DNA of 34,785 nucleotides from a virus: UHGV virus genome UHGV-1780165; one strand, 5' to 3'. Shown piece by piece: positions 30,049 to 34,785 of this stretch (position 1 is its first letter; each line of letters starts with the position of its first letter). The notes under the pieces were generated by a model. It saw only the letters and a program-made list of their open reading frames with translations, ran no database searches and was not told where the DNA came from. The position numbers and the translations under genes were made by a program.

Positions 30049-31964
30049 GCCGCTACCCCCGCTTTCTGGATTGCTACCAACAGATCAGCCAGGTGGCGAG
30101 CTGCGCCGTTAACCAGCTCTTCGTTTTCCTCAAAACGTCCGGCAGCCTGAAGGGCTGCAATCGCTTCCCGGACATTGCCCCGGGCGTTACGGATCTCCGC
30201 CATGTCAGTGCTTTGTATATCCATCACGTTATTGAGATATTCAATGGCTTTATTAGCCTCTGCATCTGCTTCGCTAACCGTTTCATCAGGCTGTGCCGGG
30301 GCCGGTTCTGGCTGAGGAATCTCACCGACTTCGGCCTGCAATGCATTGATCATGCTCTGCACCATTTTCTCGGTGCCAGCGCCCCCAGGAAACGCAATAT
30401 TGGGGAAAGTTTTTTGAAACTGAGTTTTCAGCATTACGCGGAACTCGTCTGGTGAGCTGGTGGCCAGCTCCAGAGCTTTTTGTGCATATTTGCCAAACGG
30501 ACCATTAGTAAGTGTCTTCGCCAGGAAGTCGAAAGAATCCTCGCGAGGCAATAACTTCAGGTCGTACTCATTCATTTGCTGATCAGAAAGCGGGGTATCG
30601 TAAGTAGCAATGCCGTAGCGTGCATATTCATAATACGGGTCACCTTCATCAGGGCGCGGCAGAATTGCTTTGTTACCTTCAGGTATTGCGCCAGGGGCCG
30701 CCGGACGCATTTGCAGGGCATATCGATATGCACCTACAGAGACTTCTGGTTCAGGCGAAGAGCTACCGGCATCCTCCGCTGGTTCAGGTTCGACGTTTTC
30801 CGGTTTATGTTCTTCTGGTTGGACCAGGTATTCCGATACATTACCCGCTTTATAGGCTTTAAACAGCTTGCCGATCGCATCTGCCATGTCCACACCCTGT
30901 ATGGATTTAGCCTTGATCATGTATACGCTGCCATCCGGATCGGTTAACTGGATATACCCTTCGCCGCCCCCAATGAATTGCTTCATTGATGCACCATTAC
31001 TGAGCGTCACTTCCCCGTCCATATGCATACGATTTTTGATACTGGCAAGGCGATCCGTCAGCGCGCGAGAGTGCCCACCAGTCATCCCCGCTGGAGCAAT
31101 GGTATCGCGCCCACCAGTGCGATTGAGCTGATCAATCTCCGTCTGCAAACGCTCATTCTCTTCATAAAGAGAATCCGCTTCCGATGCAACAGCGTTAATT
31201 TTCTGCTCCAGATCTGCCTTCTGCCCTTCTACCGCTGCCACCTGATCCGCGAGGTCGCTCATGGCATCCTCTTTCTGGTCACTGTCAGCCTGTAGTTGGG
31301 TTATTTCATCAACAAGGGCTTTTTTCTTCTTCTGCGCACGCTGGAATTTTGCCGAGTTTTTCTCTGCAAGGTTGGCAAGTTTCATGGTGACCTGCGCCAG
31401 CGTCATATCACGTCCACTCATCGGAGCAACGGTGTGAGTAACGTCTTTTTTATTCAGTAAGAACTGGAAAGCAACCAGCGTATCGCTATTGGTGATCCGG
31501 TTTTCCGCTGTCGGGCTATGAAACAGAATGCTGATAGTCTGACCATCACTGAGCGGAATAATGGCTGGCAAGACCGGCAGCCCGTTAACGTTACGTGCCC
31601 GGCCAATTTCAGCGCCGCCGATCGCGCGCGCGCCGCTCTGGGCCACATCCCCCGTTTTATCACTCCCCGCAGAGATTCCGGTACCATTCAGCTTCTGGTT
31701 CAATGCCCGGACAAATGCCTGCATGGTCCGGTGTAACTGCAAACGAGTAGAACTAATCGCCTCCAGTAAATCCGTAGCACACCAGTGGATCGGCGTGTCA
31801 TAGAAGAACGTAGCCTCGATTTCCTCCAGGGTGTTGGATTCCGTCATCAGATAGCGGTCCTCACCGGCCATTAATGCGCGATATTCATCATCAGTCACTG
31901 GCGGGGGAAGCACGTCAAGCCCAGGCTTGATCGTCACCCCTTTATTGATATTGAACTGTTCCAT
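30045..31964 (-). CDS. darA: DarA antirestriction/head-internal protein
   Basis: 639-aa ORF, the length I recall for P1 DarA; coiled-coil segment; embedded in the lyd-hdf-darA-ddrAB operon. Confidence 0.7.
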   Translation of the reverse strand: MEQFNINKGVTIKPGLDVLPPPVTDDEYRALMAGEDRYLMTESNTLEEIEATFFYDTPIHWCATDLLEAISSTRLQLHRTMQAFVRALNQKLNGTGISAGSDKTGDVAQSGARAIGGAEIGRARNVNGLPVLPAIIPLSDGQTISILFHSPTAENRITNSDTLVAFQFLLNKKDVTHTVAPMSGRDMTLAQVTMKLANLAEKNSAKFQRAQKKKKALVDEITQLQADSDQKEDAMSDLADQVAAVEGQKADLEQKINAVASEADSLYEENERLQTEIDQLNRTGGRDTIAPAGMTGGHSRALTDRLASIKNRMHMDGEVTLSNGASMKQFIGGGEGYIQLTDPDGSVYMIKAKSIQGVDMADAIGKLFKAYKAGNVSEYLVQPEEHKPENVEPEPAEDAGSSSPEPEVSVGAYRYALQMRPAAPGAIPEGNKAILPRPDEGDPYYEYARYGIATYDTPLSDQQMNEYDLKLLPREDSFDFLAKTLTNGPFGKYAQKALELATSSPDEFRVMLKTQFQKTFPNIAFPGGAGTEKMVQSMINALQAEVGEIPQPEPAPAQPDETVSEADAEANKAIEYLNNVMDIQSTDMAEIRNARGNVREAIAALQAAGRFEENEELVNGAARHLADLLVAIQKAGVAA

Positions 31965-31965
31965 G

Positions 31966-32577
31966 TTAATTTCCTGCTTTCAGTTGCTTAAGACGGCGTT
32001 TGAGTTCGCCATTTCGGGCCTTTTCGTTATTGAGTCGGCCTGTCTCCTTATCCAGCTTCGCCCGCAAATCAGTGATCTGCTGTTGATTGAAAGACACCGA
32101 GTTCTGCGCTGATTTATAAGCGGCAACCACCTGAGCATTCCGCTGTTTTGCCTCTTGCAGGCGCTGAAAGTTGGATTTTACTGCCGGTTTCTTGTCTACC
32201 GGATTGGCAACACGTTTCGCTTTGGCGATCAGTGATTTCTGGAATTTTGCGGAGTTTTTGCGGGCCGCTTGCCCCATGACGGTACCAAGCGTCTTGATAT
32301 CCGGCGACTGAGCGTTAGGAATAGCTTTTCCATTCAGCCTCACAGACGATATATCGCCAGTATCGTTTACCTGTATGGCAAGAATTTGTCCGTCGTTAAG
32401 AACCAGCTTTGCGGTTTTAACTTTAACGCCATCTTTCGTTGTTGCGCGGTTGCTGGAGTCAACCTCAATTACCGTAACACCGGTTTTATTGATCGCCGCG
32501 ATAAGGGATTTCAGCCCCTTTTCATTAACCTGGTCAAAATCGACCGTTGCATACTTATTTTTCGTCATCTGACACAT
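31966..32577 (-). CDS. hdf: Hdf-position protein (head size determination)
   Basis: 203-aa ORF immediately upstream of darA; positional. Confidence 0.5.
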   Translation of the reverse strand: MCQMTKNKYATVDFDQVNEKGLKSLIAAINKTGVTVIEVDSSNRATTKDGVKVKTAKLVLNDGQILAIQVNDTGDISSVRLNGKAIPNAQSPDIKTLGTVMGQAARKNSAKFQKSLIAKAKRVANPVDKKPAVKSNFQRLQEAKQRNAQVVAAYKSAQNSVSFNQQQITDLRAKLDKETGRLNNEKARNGELKRRLKQLKAGN

Positions 32578-32998
32578 CCTGTGCGAGATTTATTACGTAA
32601 CTTCTGCGGATTTGCTGAGTAACAGGGAAAATCCGATACAACGGGTTAATGAACGAGTCGCCATGCGTAACCATGACGTTGAAATGCCACAGTCGCTCTC
32701 CTTTACCCATATATTCAGTGGGTATGTACAACCATTCACTGTTTTCGCCCTGTTCAGCCGACGTCAAACAACGTTGTTCGCCTTCAATCACTGTCGTCGG
32801 CTTCTGAACATCGCGGATCCAATATCTGACCGTTGCGCCGCGCAAAAACGGGAATTTAGACCGGTATTTGAACGGCACCCGGATGAAACCCGGTTTAATT
32901 TCCACATCACCAAGTTCTAAATGCGTGATGTCCTTGCGTTTTAGCAAATAGCGATCGGCTAAAGCTAACGCAAGAACGCATACACCCCAGCCAATCAT
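32555..32998 (-). CDS. lydB: LydB-position protein (antiholin)
   Basis: 147-aa ORF with N-terminal hydrophobic segment, downstream of the holin-like ORF. Confidence 0.5.
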   Translation of the reverse strand: MIGWGVCVLALALADRYLLKRKDITHLELGDVEIKPGFIRVPFKYRSKFPFLRGATVRYWIRDVQKPTTVIEGEQRCLTSAEQGENSEWLYIPTEYMGKGERLWHFNVMVTHGDSFINPLYRIFPVTQQIRRSYVINLAQDVSDDEK

Positions 32999-33324
32999 TT
33001 CCCGCCTCCCTTTTTCACCAAACTTGTAAGAACATTCAGAATGCTATCGATATTCACTCGTTTCATCCCTGAAATCACCTCATGACCGTTATTGCTGGCT
33101 ATCGTTACCATTAAGTACGTAATTGATAACTCCCAGCCCTCGTGTTGCCCCAATAGGTACGCCACCGCGCCAGCTGTCACTGCAACAAAGATCTCCGTAA
33201 CCAATCCCAACAAATTGCCAGACTGGCGACCGTCTCGGACATCCATCAGGAACGTGCCTATCCCACCAATTACTGAAAGCAGGAGCGCAATAGCAACTGG
33301 AGCTAATTCCTGTGTGTCAAGCAC
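32995..33324 (-). CDS. lydA: LydA-like holin
   Basis: 109-aa ORF with predicted transmembrane helices and a charged C-terminus (KKGGGK); first larger gene of the operon. Confidence 0.55.
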   Translation of the reverse strand: MLDTQELAPVAIALLLSVIGGIGTFLMDVRDGRQSGNLLGLVTEIFVAVTAGAVAYLLGQHEGWELSITYLMVTIASNNGHEVISGMKRVNIDSILNVLTSLVKKGGGK

Positions 33325-33398
33325 AAGTTCCCTCCTACGTTGTCAGGAGGTAATGGTATGCAAAGTAACTTCTCAACCGGTTATGTTGCATAAGAGAC

Positions 33399-33662
33399 TT
33401 ATCTATTCAACCGACTTTTGGAACCTTCAATAATAAGCCTGCTATTGGCGCTGAAAATAAGAACCATGCAGCTCTGAAGGCTTTCATTCATGTCCTTATA
33501 TTCCGCGAGATACATGCCAATAAAGCCAGCAAGTACGGCGGAAATACATTCGGCCAGCAATTTCTTGCATGAAGACTCGTAACGGTTTTCACATAGCCCA
33601 CTCAAATACGAATACACCCCACCAAGAAGGGATAACATCACGATATGTACATAAAATGTCAT
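33399..33662 (-). CDS. small two-helix membrane protein (holin-like)
   Basis: 87-aa ORF with two hydrophobic stretches upstream of lydA. Confidence 0.4.
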   Translation of the reverse strand: MTFYVHIVMLSLLGGVYSYLSGLCENRYESSCKKLLAECISAVLAGFIGMYLAEYKDMNESLQSCMVLIFSANSRLIIEGSKSRLNR

Positions 33663-33958
33663 TTTTTACCTATACAACAGTAAGTTGAACAACATTTGAG
33701 AACGGTATGCACTTTGTGATTTCCACACACACTGGTTTTGTTAATTAAAACCTGTAGCTTGCAATAAATAACGATAGTGGGCAGAAAATATGCTAATAGG
33801 CTATGTACGCATATAGACAAATGAACAAAACACAGCTATGCAGTGAAAAGCACTTGAAAGCGCAGGATGTGAGCTAATTTTTGCGAATAAGGCGAGCAGC
33901 AAAAAAGCTGGGCACCCTGGGTTAAAAAAGGTTCTGCGTATGCTTTCCAGAGGTGATA

Positions 33959-33977
33959 CCCTAGTCTCGGACTAGGG
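33959..33977. other. perfect hairpin CCCTAGTC-TCG-GACTAGGG in a 435-bp non-coding interval
   Basis: 8-bp perfect inverted repeat with no adjacent U-tract on either strand; between the lyd operon start and the cin 3' end. Confidence 0.6.
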
Positions 33978-34097
33978 ACAACATTTCGAGAACAGTTTTC
34001 ATTAGCGGCCAGCAGGCGCTAGATACATCGAATTGATGTGCCGCGCGATAAATGTACCTATTCTATCAAGATAAATTACACCGACGCGGCATTAGAA

Positions 34098-34670
34098 TTA
34101 CAGCTCAGATTGAGTTTGGCGCTTCTCTACAGGATGATAACGATAAATCGTCGATACACCGATATCGTAAATAATTGCCAACTGTTTCCTGCTGTAGCCA
34201 TTTTCGATCAACCTCGCTATTTGCTCATGTTGTTCTTTTGTCAACTTCGGGCGACGTCCGCCAATGCGTCCCTGTTCGCGTGCAGCTGCCAGTCCGGCCA
34301 GTGTTCTCTCAACAATTAATTCACGTTCCATTTCTGCTAAAGCCCCCATGACGTGAAAAAAGAAACGCCCCATGGGTGTTGATGTGTCAATACTGTCTGT
34401 CAGACTACGGAAATTAACACCTTTTTCCCGCAACTCCTCTATAAGCGTGATAAGGTGTTTCATACTTCTGCCAAGCCTATCCAGCTTCCAGACAACCAGC
34501 GTATCTCCTTCTGATAACGTTCTGAGCAGCTTTTTCAAGCCTGGTCTGGCTGACTTTGTTCCGCTTATTTTATCTTCAAAAATCAGTTCACATCCTGCGC
34601 AGTTCAGTGCATTTCTTTGTAAATCTGTGTTTTGGTCATTTGTTGACACACGAATGTAGCCAATTTGCAT
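34098..34670 (-). CDS. cin: serine DNA invertase (Cin/Gin/Hin family)
   Basis: ATG at 34670 with AAGAGG 9 nt upstream; N-terminal GYIRVSTNDQNTDLQRNAL catalytic-serine region, VVWKLDRLGRSMKHL and C-terminal helix-turn-helix. Confidence 0.9.
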   Translation of the reverse strand: MQIGYIRVSTNDQNTDLQRNALNCAGCELIFEDKISGTKSARPGLKKLLRTLSEGDTLVVWKLDRLGRSMKHLITLIEELREKGVNFRSLTDSIDTSTPMGRFFFHVMGALAEMERELIVERTLAGLAAAREQGRIGGRRPKLTKEQHEQIARLIENGYSRKQLAIIYDIGVSTIYRYHPVEKRQTQSEL

Positions 34671-34724
34671 GAAAAACAACCTCTTTGTTTAGTTAAAAAT
34701 ACATCGTTGGTATAGGTAGGGATT

Positions 34725-34750
34725 AAGACTAAAACGTTGGTTTGGGGGAA
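34725..34750. other. cix-like crossover site for the invertase
   Basis: Reverse complement TTCCCCCAAACC-AA-CGTTTTAGTCTT resembles hix/gix/cix 12-2-12 sites (AAACC-AA-GGTTT core); ~55 bp upstream of cin. Confidence 0.5.
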
Positions 34751-34785
34751 GGCTCAGCATTGCCCGTTGGCGTGCCCGTTCCGTG

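Overview
This window is a ~35 kb stretch of a P1-like temperate phage-plasmid genome (Punavirus-type), recognised from memory of P1 proteins and sites; no database search was run. Gene order follows P1: hot, LexA box, humD, phd/doc addiction module, pdcA/pdcB, lpa, pacA (with internal GATC-hexamer pac site), pacB, c1 and coi (immC) with ATTGCTCTAAT-type C1 operators, loxP, cre, cra, ref, a mat-position gene, then on the minus strand lxc, ulx and darB (2255 aa), then prt, pro, lyz (SAR endolysin), ssb, two uncharacterised plus-strand genes, the lydA/lydB/hdf/darA/ddrA/ddrB operon, cin and a cix-like crossover site at the window edge. Two intervals depart from the P1 layout as I recall it. The slot where P1 carries the EcoP1I type III res/mod genes (between mat and lxc) instead holds a single AT-rich 346-aa gene of unknown function bounded by palindromes; this is the strongest candidate for an undescribed defence or exclusion determinant. 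The ssb-ddrB interval has no IS1 and carries a protein with a C-terminal DUF2829 (Tad2-like) domain plus a 260-aa unknown. No CRISPR array, rRNA, tRNA or transposase was seen.
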